DNA from: Octopus bimaculoides
Lineage: Eukaryota
DNA length: 64,000 nucleotides
Direction of reading: 5' to 3'
Assembly (NCBI RefSeq): GCF_001194135.2
Contig: NC_068981.1
Coordinates: 134,749,906 to 134,813,905 of the forward strand
In this document: one piece after another, positions 1 to 11,787 of the stretch
Numbering within the stretch: the stretch's first letter is position 1
Layout of the letters: each line of letters starts with the position of its first letter
Notes under the pieces: model-generated
Seen by the model: the letters and a program-made list of their open reading frames with translations, nothing else
What the model was told of the DNA's origin: nothing
Databases searched by the model: none
Program-made: the position numbers and the translations under genes

Positions 1-323
1 ATACAGAGAGGTGAATGTATAAATGGAGTGGTACAGAGGATTGAACAGAGTGAGTGAGCAGGGAGCTCACAAGAGTGCAAAGGGGGAGAGGGGAGGAGAA
101 GGAGAATGCGAGTAGTGAAGCAGTAGTGTATAAGGGAGTGGCAGGGTAGCAGTGATACAGAGGGCAGGAGATAAAGATGACAAAGCATCACTGAGCCTCA
201 AGAGTTGAGTGAGAGACTAGCATAGTGAATGAAGAAATGTATTTTGGTTCAATGAGGAGGTGGGGGGGTGAATTAATAGCCAGCATGGAAGGCAGACATT
301 AAGCACTGACGGTGATAATGTGA

Positions 324-585
324 GTGGCATACACAGCACTTCCAGAACTCTGTTTCACTCAGGTGGATGAGTCTGCTCAAGAATCCTCCCTATCACCAGA
401 CATTTCAATCCATTGTCATTTCCTCTGTGAGGCTCAACATCTTGAGATCAGTCCTCACTGCTTCATCTCAAGTCTTCTTGGGTTTCCTTCATCCACAGGA
501 TCCATCCAATTTTAGAAATGTACATGTCATTATACAACTGTCTTCATTCATATGCATCTCATGTCCAAACCATTGTATCGTTATG
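324..585 (-). mobile_element. Decayed RTE-clade LINE, ORF C-terminal fragment
   Basis: Minus strand reads [53 protein letters not shown], homologous to RWYGHVVRMEEDSCVKKCHTLTVEGTRGRGRPRKTWAEVVRQDLRTLGLTEAMT at 31.5 kb; contains stops. Confidence 0.85.
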
Positions 586-619
586 TTTAGCATATGTACA
601 GTTATATATATATATATGT

Positions 620-676
<57 letters not shown>

Positions 677-724
677 TGTACACACATACATATATATATT
701 CATATCCACACATATATTTATATG

Positions 725-778
<54 letters not shown>

Positions 779-944
779 CTCAGCATGACCACAGGTGCAT
801 ATTGAAGCATGTAAAAATTATGTGTATATCTACATATACATACAACATTTGCTAAGAAGTGTCAAAGCAGACGGTTTAGTTTAGCTCAAACATGCACAAA
901 CATACACACACATACTGAACAACATTTTATTACTAATTTAGTTT

Positions 945-1835
945 TCCTTTATTTATCTGCTGAATCTGCCACAAATTTAGAGTAGAAATTCCAGACATGG
1001 AAGCAAAACCTAGAAACAAGAGGTCTTAAAATAAACCTTGTAAAGACAAACATTTTAGTTAGCAGCAGAGAAGGCAGGACTCTAATTTGATCTGGGAAGT
1101 GGAATTATGCAGAAAAATTTTTTAACAAGACCTCCATATGGTGTGCCTAAATGTAAATTATAGGTGCACAAGAGATGTAGTGGAATTACCAGCAGGCTGA
1201 CAGAGAAAGAAGACCTCATGCAGCTGATGCACAGGAATAGTCAGCAGTATGAGCACTCATGAAATAAATTCATTCAAATGTTTGAAAAGTTTGCTTAAAG
1301 TAGTTGATAGCTTCTGTAAATGAGATGATCTAATAGTGCGAAGTGGGGGTGTTCTGAAAGTATGGTAGTCAAAGTAAGAATGGGGTGGAAAAAGTTCTTG
1401 GTTCAGAGGGATTTTTTATCTCTGGGTGAAGAGCAGATTGATTATTGTGTGAGGAATGCAACAGTAGTAAAACATGTGCACTGAATGCAGAAAATGTGCA
1501 AAAGGTGAAAAGAAATGAGGCAAGCATGCTTTACTGGATGTGTTATGTTACTGTGTAAGAATAATGGAACACAAATGAGCTGAGAGAAAAACTAAATATA
1601 AGACAAAGTAGATGTAGCATGCAAAAGTGGTATGGCCATATATGTATGAAGGATGGCATTTGAATAATGGGGTACCAAACAATTCGAGTAGAAGGAACCT
1701 GTAGAAGAGGAAAACACAGGTAGTAATGAAAGCTGGTCTCAGGAGAGGACAAGTAATTACAAGTGGCATAATATCATGCTACCTATACAAGCATAGAAAA
1801 CAGATGCAAAATGAGAATGATGATGATGATGATTA
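945..1835 (+). mobile_element. Decayed RTE-clade LINE, reverse transcriptase to C-terminus, with (GAT)n tail
   Basis: Interrupted frames give KFQTWKQNLETRGLKINLVKTNILVS, VHKRCSGITSRLTE, VVDSFC, GCSESMVVKVRMGWKKF, RNEASML.WMC, LREKLNIR; gatgatgatgat tail at ~1817-1833. Confidence 0.8.
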
Positions 1836-2429
1836 TTATTTACTTGATTCATAAAACCAAAGCATTACATTGTCTTCACTTTTTATTAGTTTCTGTAGAG
1901 TAAAAGATAACTAGTTAATTCACAACATAATCCTCTGTTGAGGAAATCTTAGTTTATATGAGATTTTAAAATGAAATAGCATTTCCAGTACTTCTCTGCA
2001 TTTCCACATATCCATATATATATATATATATATATAGATATATTATTTTTTATTCTTTTATTTCTATGTTCTTAAGTTTCATACTGCATGCTAATTCTGT
2101 CTCCTTTATATTTTTCTTTTCCCCTCGTGTCTCATAAATTTGTTTCATGTCTCTTTTTTTAATCACTATATGTTCCTCTCCCACCACTTTTACCTTCCAG
2201 TTGGTACTGCACTGTGTTCTAATTCCCAAAATCTGTTTTGTGTTAAAGAAATAAAAGACAATCCTATTTTAGTCTGAGAGAAGCAGAATTATTTTTCGCT
2301 CTTCAATGACCAGCTTATGATAAAATGAATTTCCATTGTCTAAAGCCTCACCTTAAAACACTTCACTAAAAAAAAAAGTTTGTACAGTTAACCCTTCTTC
2401 TAAAATACCTGATTTTTTCATTTCCACAG

Positions 2430-2507
2430 ATGGTGACTTCTTACCCTTCAATAACTCCTCAGTCATGCATGCAGCTGATAGATTATTGATCAGTTATTTG
2501 GCATGAT
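2430..2507 (+). CDS. Candidate exon of unidentified host gene (DGDFLPFNNSSVMHAADRLLISYLA*)
   Basis: Strong acceptor ttttttcatttccacag at 2413-2429, then an open phase-1 frame to a stop. No homology recognised. Confidence 0.25.
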
Positions 2508-2899
2508 ATTTCCAATATTTTATAAAAATTCTTCATCCTTATATCTGATGGAGAAGCCTCTGAACTCGAAGAATATAAAAATATGATTTTGAGTCTGCAA
2601 TGCTGCTTCATGAGTGTGAGTTGAAGTATGCTCAGTAAGCACACAGCAATGTTGCTCTTAGGCAGGAAGTTTCTTAATGTATAACCGAGATATGGCTGTA
2701 GAATAAGTGGTGGGCATGGTGGGTCACATGCAGAAGATGAAAGATAAATTAATGTGCATGTATATGTGTGTGTATGTATACACACACATACACATATATA
2801 TATATACACACACACACACATATATATATGTATGTTTATATGCACATTTATATGGGTGTATACCTGTGTATTTATGTGCATATTCCTCTTTCAAAAATT

Positions 2900-3275
2900 T
2901 CAGGCTTTTTGACAGAATACTGAGGTGTTGGGAAAATGCTTTGTGGTGTTTAGTCAACTCCTTTACATTCTCAGTTGAAATCCTACCAAGAGCAACTTTG
3001 CCTTTCATCCTTATGGGCTGGATAAAATAAGTACCAGTCAATTTCTGGGGTTAGGGATATTGACTACTCTCCCTTCCTTCAAAAACACTGGTCTTGTACC
3101 TAAATTAGAAACAAAATATTATTATTATTATTATTCCAGCAAGGTCAACTTTGCCTTTCATCCTTTCGGGGTTGATAAAATAAGTACCAGCTGAGTACTG
3201 AGGTCGATGTAATTGACTCATCCCCTCTCCTGAAATTTCAGGCCCTGTGCCTATAGTAGAAAGGATTATTATTAT
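2900..3275 (+). mobile_element. Two tandem family-A SINE copies (tRNA-like head, gcctttcatcctttcggggtcgataaa central domain, (ATT)n tail)
   Basis: caactttgcctttcatcc...gataaaataagtaccag twice (~2992 and ~3146), each ending in attattatt; same family recurs more than 20 times in the window. Confidence 0.85.
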
Positions 3276-3360
3276 TATTATATTTTAAAAAGGATTGACA
3301 TAACTCTTCACAAAGGTAAACAGTCAAGACGAAAAGCGCAATTCGATTGTAAGATATTTT

Positions 3361-3413
3361 ATTAGTTGGACGATATTTCAACAGTACGCCTGTCTTTGTC
3401 AAGTTCAAAATAA
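3361..3413 (-). ncRNA. Second copy of the same hammerhead, in the left arm
   Basis: Reverse complement ttgaac-ttgacaa-a-gacaggcgtactgtt-gaaa-tatc-gtccaa; one mismatch in stem I. Confidence 0.6.
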
Positions 3414-3615
3414 GAAGTGATAAAAATTCAAAATTATAGAAATTTAAACGTAAAGTATGAACGAGAGCAACCAGTGTCCACATGCTGATGGAATGACGTC
3501 ATCAGTTTTTAAGTTACAATTTTTTAACAGGCAAAAAGAAAATGGCAGAAAAAAAAAACAGAAAAAAAGAAGACGACAGAAAAAAAAGGAAAGAAAAAGA
3601 GAGAAAGAAGAATGT

Positions 3616-4221
3616 TTAATTAAACAGTTTTGTATAAATTTGATGATATTCTCCTGTCATCTTATTCTTTCCTCCAGGGCGTGATGTTAATAACCCGCAA
3701 ACATATTTCTCCTCATACATTCTAAGAAATGAAAGTGAAGCAGATTCAGAATATTTTCTGAGAATATGCACTTTCAAGTCTTCTTCAAAATTGCAGACAC
3801 TTGAAACGAAATGTTCAGCAAGTTCTGTCAAACTACTGTTATTGTGCCTGACGTCGAATCTGTGCCCATTAAACCTTTTGTTTAATTGTTCTGTTGTACA
3901 ACCAACATAAATTAAGCTGTGTTTCATGCATTCTGCAGCGTACACCAAATGGGAATCTTTACATGTTCCACCTTCTGTATAAATCATAACATTTCTGTTA
4001 TGATTTCTGATGGAATTCACTTCACTAATGTTGTTGCATAATGAACAGGGCTTACCTCTCTTGCAGCTGTTCTTTAAGGTACAGCGTGCAGATACTACAA
4101 TGTTTGTTTTCTTGGAGTCAGATATAGAGGTCAATAATTCTCTTATATTCTTATTCCATCTAAAGGCTTCAATAGACAGCTGAGGAAATATCTGTTTGAA
4201 GTGAGGATATTTGAAATGCAT
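3616..4221 (-). CDS. Penelope-type GIY-YIG endonuclease domain (201 codons open; LPY linker upstream is frameshifted)
   Basis: IFPQLSIEAFRWNKNIRELL, CKRGKPCSLC, TCKDSHLVYAAECMKHSLIYVGCTTEQLNKRFNGHR, LAEHF, RMYEEKYVCGLLTSRPGGKN: the usual PLE linker, Cys motif and GIY-YIG layout. Confidence 0.9.
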   Translation of the reverse strand: MHFKYPHFKQIFPQLSIEAFRWNKNIRELLTSISDSKKTNIVVSARCTLKNSCKRGKPCSLCNNISEVNSIRNHNRNVMIYTEGGTCKDSHLVYAAECMKHSLIYVGCTTEQLNKRFNGHRFDVRHNNSSLTELAEHFVSSVCNFEEDLKVHILRKYSESASLSFLRMYEEKYVCGLLTSRPGGKNKMTGEYHQIYTKLFN

Positions 4222-4491
4222 TTCAAAAGTGCTGCATGAAAGTTACCAGCATATGGCAAAAAAATATCATCAAATTTATACAAAACTGTTTGATTAGACA
4301 TTATTCTTTCTCTCTTTTTCTTTCCTTTTTTCTCTGTTGTCTTCTTTTTTTCTGTTTTGTCTTTTTCTTTTTGCCTGTTATAAAATTGTAACTTAAAAAC
4401 TGATGATGTCATTCTATCAACGTGTGGATGCTGGTTGCTCTCATTCATACTTTACATTCAAATTTCTATAATTTTGAATTTTTATCACTTC

Positions 4492-4546
4492 TTATTTTGA
4501 ACTTGACAAAGACAGACGTACTGTTGAAATATCGTTCAACAAATAA
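4492..4546 (+). ncRNA. Minimal type I hammerhead ribozyme, U3-A8 core variant
   Basis: Stem I TTGAAC(4497-4502)/GTTCAA(4534-4539); core TTGACAA plus extra A; stem II GACAG/CTGTT with 5-nt loop; GAAA (4526-4529); palindromic ATAT helix III; predicted cut after C4533. Confidence 0.7.
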
Positions 4547-4583
4547 AATATCTTACAATTGAATTGTGCTCTTCATCTTGACT

Positions 4584-5722
4584 ATTATTATTATTATTAT
4601 TTTATGTTTGACTTTTGTTTTGCATTTGTACAAGTTGGATCCAAGTCTCACCCAGAGACCTCAAGAGACAACAAGTTAGAAGTTCATGTAGGTGTTATGC
4701 CTAGGGTACCATATATTTGGATTTGTACAGTTTTGTTCAAGTGAATGTTTAAGAAACCATAAGAAAATTATGTTTGCTTTAAAATTTGAGATCACATAGA
4801 CAGTATTTTACGTAGGATATGGGCAGTTCCCATGAGCACTATCTTTTGGACTTCAGCCATTTTGGGGTTTCCTGGTATCTGAGCTAGGTAGTAATCAGCC
4901 NNNNNNNNNNNNNNNNNNNNNNNNNNNNNNNNNNNNNNNNNNNNNNNNNNNNNNNNNNNNNNNNNNNNNNNNNNNNNNNNNNNNNNNNNNNNNNNNNNNN
5001 NNNNNNNNNNNNNNNNNNNNNNNNNNNNNNNNNNNNNNNNNNNNNNNNNNNNNNNNNNNNNNNNNNNNNNNNNNNNNNNNNNNNNNNNNNNNNNNNNNNN
5101 NNNNNNNNNNNNNNNNNNNNNNNNNNNNNNNNNNNNNNNNNNNNNNNNNNNNNNNNNNNNNNNNNNNNNNNNNNNNNNNNNNNNNNNNNNNNNNNNNNNN
5201 NNNNNNNNNNNNNNNNNNNNNNNNNNNNNNNNNNNNNNNNNNNNNNNNNNNNNNNNNNNNNNNNNNNNNNNNNNNNNNNNNNNNNNNNNNNNNNNNNNNN
5301 NNNNNNNNNNNNNNNNNNNNNNNNNNNNNNNNNNNNNNNNNNNNNNNNNNNNNNNNNNNNNNNNNNNNNNNNNNNNNNNNNNNNNNNNNTGTTGTTGGCA
5401 TATACGACATAATGGGGAGCTGCCGTTCTTTAATATGTTGGCCTGGTAGTTCTTTGTAGGTAGGCATTGATCTTGGGCTGCTATGATAAACCCCTCTGTT
5501 TCTGATTTCAATCCAGAGGCCATTAACCATTGGTGGGTAAGGGCTTTGTCAATATCTGCATTATTCGCTCTCTTTGGGTATTTGCCATTGAGAGGTTTTC
5601 CATGCCATTTTTCAGTCATAATAGCTAAGGCAGCAATTTTAGCACGGGTTTTCAAGCGCTTAGCTTTTTCTGTAGGTGTTTCTAGTTCGTCTAATTCTTG
5701 AATTTGTTGCAATTGGAATTCA
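4584..5722 (-). mobile_element. 5'-truncated R4/Dong-like (restriction-like endonuclease) non-LTR retrotransposon with (AAT)n tail
   Basis: KWHGKPLNGKY, WLMASGLKSETEGFIIAAQDQCLPTKNY, CRIC zinc knuckle, VQKIVLMGTAHILRKILSM* (stop 4792); 3' UTR ends in taataataat at 4584-4601; interior hidden by gap 4901-5389. Confidence 0.85.
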
Positions 5723-6045
5723 CTATTATTATTATTATTGGTGGTGGTGGTGTTGTTATTATAAGTTATATTAGCACAGATGTTGTCTTGAGGTTTGGTA
5801 ACAACAAGTTTCCTCAAGTCTCAAGAATCATTCTTAGGATTCTTGCAGAATACTGGATTGTACTTTTCTGCAAGTCAACAATCTGAGTGTTAATTTCAAT
5901 ATCCTTCAGCTTCTGAGGTAGCACTTTGGGTGTTTGTGCTAATTGCACCGATTATCACAGGAATAATTGTCATCTTAGTCTTCTGCAGTCTTTTCATCAT
6001 TCTGGTTAGGTTCTGATATTTCTCAATTTTATCATTTTTTTTTTT
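5723..6045 (-). mobile_element. Second, decayed R4/Dong-like 3' end
   Basis: KIEKYQNLTRMMKRLQKTKMTIIPVIIGAIST then, after a frameshift, LQKSTIQYSARILRMILET*; 3' UTR hairpin cttgagg...cctcaag (5787-5818); AAT tail. Confidence 0.75.
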
Positions 6046-6773
6046 TTGTATCAATTCTATTATCATATGGTATTGCAAAATCTATGATATTATTACATTT
6101 TATTATCTACATTATTATTATTATTGTGGATTGGCAGAATTGTTTTTATTCCAGCTCCTTACATTCTGCATCCAAGTTCTGGCAAGATCAACTTTGTTTT
6201 TCAGCAGTTCAGTTCAATAAAATGTAGTACCATCCAAGAAATGTGGTCTGTTTAATTAACTAATCCCTTCAGCAAAAACGTTCTGGCCTTGTGCTTGTGT
6301 TGAAAATTGTTGTTCTTGCTGTTGTTGTTATAAGCCAAAGCTTCCTTAAATTAACTCTGAATCTCATGTTGCTAGTTATTCATATGACTGAAATAGTGAA
6401 ACCCCCATAACAATATATAAGCAAAACTATTCACAAATACATTGAAGTATAAGTCATTGAGATTTGTTCAGGTTCTGAAAAACCTTTTGAATATTCATCA
6501 CACATTTGTCTATTCAATTTTCATACACAGAACATGTGATACATTCATCTATTTACATGCAAAGATACATGAGGTTTTCATGTCTCCAGTATCATATGTA
6601 TAGAACACACATAAGCAGAGAAGGCAGCTATTGTTTATGATGTTTTAGTATTGATGACTATATGAATTTTTTTTTTCTTTTTAATATTATATGACATCTT
6701 TCAGAGTGTGATAATTGAATTATGTAGATAAATTATTTTAATCACTTGATAGTTAAAAATTTCTTAGTAAATA

Positions 6774-7155
6774 GGTGCAGGCATGGCTGTGTGGTTCAGA
6801 AGCTTGCTTTGCAACCACATGGTTTCAGGTTCAGTCCCACTACACAGCACCTTGGACAAGTGTCTTCTGCTATAGCCCCAGGTGAACCAATGCCTTCTGA
6901 GTGAATTTGGTAGATGGAAACTATGGAATCCCGTCATGTACATATATGTGTGTGTGTATGTGTGCTCATGTTTGTCCCCCAACACTGCTTGACAACCAGT
7001 GTTGGTTTGTTTACATCCCTGTAACTTACTGGTTTCATAAAAGAGACCAGTAGAATAAGTAGTTGAGTTGATTTGTTTGACTAAACCCATCAAGGCAACA
7101 CAATACCCCTTGCATGGCTGCAGTCTAATGACTGAAACAAGTAAAAAATAAAAGA
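6774..7155 (+). mobile_element. Family-B SINE (tRNA-like head, CORE-like accttggacaagt, CR1/L2-type tail)
   Basis: ggtgcaggcatggctgtgtgg head through gcatggctgcagtctaatgactgaaacaagtaaaa; matches copies at 20239 and 58178. Confidence 0.85.
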
Positions 7156-7681
7156 TGTATACCTATTGAAGTGTCTACAAGGTTTCATCAATTAGGATTT
7201 TTTGTTTAAATTTTAAAAGGTTGCAATGGAATGTCATACTTCAAAGAGAGACATAAGTCACACATTGAACAATTAAAGTAGGAAGGTGTATGTCATATTA
7301 AGATCTTTATTAGAAATAGTGTTAATGTAACCTACAGTTACATCAAAACCTTTGCTGGTCCCATGGCCAAGAAGAAACGGAAGAAATCTGTATAAACTAC
7401 ACCACACTCACCTCTAATTTCAACAACTTCAATATCTACCCACCAAAAGGTGTGTTTTATAAGGCTCACTGAAAATCCTTTTTAAAATGTGTGGCACAGC
7501 TTCTGCCAGTGTTTTGGGCAACCAGTTAAATCTCTGTATGATTAATTATATTTCCATATGTTTATGAAGATATTTGTTTATATATTGTCAAACTACTTCC
7601 CTTCATCAATTGGTTAAATAATCAGTCATGTGAAACCCAGATTTATGAGTCAAAAAGCTTTGTCTTATGTATGTATGTATG

Positions 7682-7725
<44 letters not shown>

Positions 7726-7732
7726 TACATAC

Positions 7733-7780
<48 letters not shown>

Positions 7781-7898
7781 GCACCTCCACTCATATATAT
7801 CTACTACATATATACACAAATATCTATATGAATATACACAACTAACCAGACATGGTATCAAAATGTATTGTTTTTTATATATATATGTATGTATATGT

Positions 7899-8148
7899 AG
7901 TGGAGGCTCATGGCTTAGTGCCTGGAGTATTGGACTCATGATCATAAGATTGTGATTCCAATTCCTGGATCAGGCAATGCATTGTGTTGTTGAACAAAAC
8001 ACTTCCTTTCACATTGCTCCAGTCCACTCAGCTGGCAAAAATGAGTAATCCTGCGACGGACTGGCATTCCGTCCAGGTGGGGAGTATATACGTCATTGAA
8101 ACTGGGAAACCGGCCCTCATGAGCCTGGCATGGCTTGAGAAGGAAACT
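7899..8148 (+). mobile_element. Family-C tRNA-derived SINE
   Basis: gtggaggctcatggcttagtg head, ttgaacaaaacactt, gctccagtccactcagctg...aatgagt; antisense relatives at ~17740-17880 and ~61310-61530. Confidence 0.75.
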
Positions 8149-8171
8149 TTATTTTTTGATTTATGTATGTG

Positions 8172-8235
<64 letters not shown>

Positions 8236-8769
8236 TGTGAATATGTATGTATATATATATATATAAATATATAAAAACAAAAAGATAAAGAGAGNNNNNN
8301 NNNNNNNNNNNNNNNNNNNNNNNNNNNNNNNNNNNNNNNNNNNNNNNNNNNNNNNNACTACTTTTTAGTATGTTTTTTTCTTTGTTTTGTTTATTAATCA
8401 CAATTCATCTTATTTGGTTATTTGATTGTACTTGAGATGCAATCATTCTTTTCAAAATTATTAATTCTCCATTTCAGCCAAAATGGTTTCTGCTATTTTT
8501 CACTTTTACTTAACAATTAATACCTGATTCTATTGAAAGTCTTCATTGCTGCTTTACTTGACCAGTTTTTATTTCTTCTTTTGATGAAATCAGTGTGTCA
8601 CTTTGCTAATGTTTCCTTTTTTTTTTTTTGTCATTCTCAGTTTTATTTTTTATTCATTCATATATCCTTACTTAATGGAAGTCATCCAATGTCTTTGTGT
8701 GTATGTGTAACACTCATTGAGACTGCCCTTGTCTGAAATATAAAAATAACAATGTGCTCTTTACTCTTT

Positions 8770-9122
8770 TATTAGTTTCACTCATTTGACCATCACCATG
8801 CTGGTACACCATCTTGTAGGATTAGTTGGACAAAATCTTAACTCCCCGCAATACTTAAAATAAGTACTGTGAGAGGGGAGATTCTATCAGCGTCTTTGGC
8901 TGAACTGTTAAGTTATGGAGATGTAAACAAACCAACATTGATTGTCAAGTGGTGGACACACACACACACACATATATTGTTTCCATCTAACAAATTTACT
9001 CACAGAGCATTGGTATGTCCAGGGCTATAGTAGAGAACACGTACCCAAAGTGTCATGCAGTGAAACGGAACCTGAGGCCATATAGCTGCAAAGTGAACTC
9101 CTTAAGCACACAGCCATGCCTT
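8770..9122 (-). mobile_element. Family-B SINE, antisense, decayed
   Basis: Ends in cacacagccatgcc (reverse of head); internal ctatagtagagaacac and caagtggtggacacacac. Confidence 0.75.
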
Positions 9123-9619
9123 TGTCTGTATAATTATGTAATTATTTTATAAAAATGTGTGAATTATTTTAAAAAAATATCTGCCATGAATTGCAACCTT
9201 TTACATTCCGATTTCAAATTACGTCACAAGAAATTTTACCTTTCATCCTTCTAGAGTTGATGAAATAAAGTACCAGTCAGATACTGTTTCATTGCGGTTG
9301 ACTATACTCCTCCCTAAATGTGTATGACCTAAGGTTGGGAGGATCTTAATCAGCAAAGCATTCAGACATTTTTAGTTATGTCCTTTTACATACTGAGTTC
9401 TCTAGAACAAATTGTTTCCAACAAAGGAACAGAGAGTAAAATGTGGGGGAAGGAATTAGTCAATTAAACTGACTCCAGATCTTCACTAGAACTTTGACTT
9501 TTTTGACCCTTGATGGAGGAAATGTCAGAGTTGGCCTCAACAGGATGTGAGCTCAGAATGTAAAGAGCTGGAAGAAATATCACAAAAGCCCTTCTTTGGG
9601 TTAACTAAAAAATAATCCT

Positions 9620-9830
9620 TTATAATTTTGGCTCAAGGCCAGCAATTTTAGTGGGAGGGTGTTTGTTGATTATATCAATCTCAGTGCTCAACTGGTACTT
9701 ATTTTTATCCACCCCTAAAAGGGTGGAAGGCAAAGTCAACCTTGACAGGATTTGCATTCAGAATGCAAAGAGCCAGAAATACCACTAGATATTTTGCCTG
9801 ACTCACCAATGATTCTGCCAGCTCACTACT
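9620..9830 (-). mobile_element. Family-A SINE, antisense
   Basis: caactggtacttattttt...ggaaggcaaagtcaacc...gattctgccagctcact. Confidence 0.8.
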
Positions 9831-11787
9831 TTAAACTAAAAGATTATGATATCACACTTGAACTGCAATTAATTCATTTGGCAAAACACTTTACTATTAG
9901 CATGTGTCTTTGTGTTAATACAAGAAGTCAATATTTAACTTGTAGGAAATATCACCCTATTCTATTTTCTCTCTTTTTCCAAACTTGACTTCAATCCTTT
10001 GTACAGAATTGATATCTATTAATACCTTTGGCTCAGTAATTAATTCTCAGCAGTGGCATCTACTTCCTGCTTTTGATTGTCAGTCAGACTACCTTCACTT
10101 ATTCTGTTAATGAAATTAGTAAATATGTGAACACCACAACTTCTCATTTTCTGTCTTTTGTAATTTTGAGGCTTCACCCCAAGAATATTGTTTAGTACCA
10201 ATTTCTGCTACTAGTTACCTTCAAGTGACTTTGTAAAAATTTCCAATACTTGTTTCCCATCTTTTCTGTCATATATTTCTATACCAATGCTTAGATAATG
10301 CAATACCTTCTACAATAATAAGCCACAGGTAGTCAGTCCTATCTGGTAGACACAGCACTATCTACCGTACTTTTTGTTTTGTTAATGTCTGCAATTATCT
10401 TAAACATTTGGGGTCAAGATAAGATATTTATTTTATTTAGTTTAACCCCAAATCCTTAGCCAGAGATAGTTTATTTATATCATTCATTCATTTGTTCATT
10501 TAATAGGTTTTTTCGTGCTAGCATAGGTTAGTGAGAAGCTATTTAAGACAGAATGATTTTACAACTGGATGCTCTTCCCATTGCCAACCCTAAACCTGTT
10601 TTTCAGTTAAGGAATTATAATATTTCATAGCTCTTCAAAAGCACAGAGTGACAGGTCATAATGTCAGCAGGAATGTCAACACTGACACCACTGTCTTCTC
10701 ATGGTGACAAGAGAAATACACACATGCAAATTCACACATACATTTATATCTACACAAGGGGCTTAGTACAGAGTCTGTCCATCAAATTCACTCATAGAGT
10801 ATTGCTCTGCTCCAGGTAATAGAAAGCACTTGCTCAAAGTGCTGTTCACCAGAAGTGAATCAGAAATCATGTGACTGTGAAGCGTTTTCAGATTCTTAAC
10901 CATTTTTTGTATGTTTGATTTTTGTGGTTGTAGGAAAATCTAAGAGAAATGAACATGTTCATCTTCTGTTACATATTGACTAACCCTAACCCATAGCTGT
11001 TTTAGGGAGTCAACAATTAATCAGAACTGAAATCGAGGAGAATAACTTAATGTTAATATTGTTAGTTGGCTTTGGTTAGTTCTGTCAAAGTTGTAACCAA
11101 TTAAATATTTTGAGGTGATCCATAAATCTTAGACTTCAAATATAGCAATCTCTTATCTGAGAAATGCAGGGGAGTTTCTTCATAGTCGCTTGACTCACTG
11201 AAAATGCTGCAAAAATCCCCCTCAAGTCACACCCTTCAATCTTCAAAATAAAGACACATCTGGTGTAGTTGTAGATACATTATGTCATGTTTTTTTATAA
11301 AAGATAGGATGGTTATTACTAGAATGCTTTTGATCGTAGGTCTCCTGGATCATATCACACCAAGGGTTAAACACTAGCAAACCACAACAATCTTCTATGT
11401 GATCTGAAATCACTAAGCTCATATTTCATTGTGTTTGATTTGACAGGGTGCAATGTAGCTAGGATCACTTTGCAATCAGTTTGCTCCTTTATGTTGCATA
11501 TTTCCAATGTCTTAGAACAGTGTTTACAATGGAAATTAGCAAGATAGATGAGATTTGAATCTACAGGAATTTGGTATTGCTGGTAATTTGGCATGTTTCA
11601 TGCTTATTTCGCCATTTTTTAGATACAGAGTGATCTTAGTGATTTATGTTGATTTGTTGTTAACTGGTACATAATTTTTTTTTTTCCTTTTACTTTGGAG
11701 ATTGTGGATGAGAACTGTTCTTAAATAGAATTATGCTATATTAGTGGGGAGTTTTTTGTGTGTGGGAGGGTCCTTTTTGCATTTGCT

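Larger units (their letters stand above)
3290..4583 (-). mobile_element. 5'-truncated Penelope-like retroelement with inverted pseudo-LTR
   Basis: GIY-YIG ORF end plus 3' UTR on minus (3290-4262); the same ORF end and 3' UTR repeated in inverted orientation at 4263-4583. Confidence 0.9.
3322..4583. repeat. Inverted repeat, arms 3322-3650 and 4263-4583
   Basis: Aligned by hand; about 90% identical with one indel in the A-rich part. Confidence 0.97.

Noticed and set aside
367-855. Long YI/CV/HT-rich ORFs here and at 7.6-8.3, 33.0, 42.0, 47.0, 57.2 and 62.9 kb
   Set aside because: Translations of (TA)n, (CA)n and (TG)n microsatellites.
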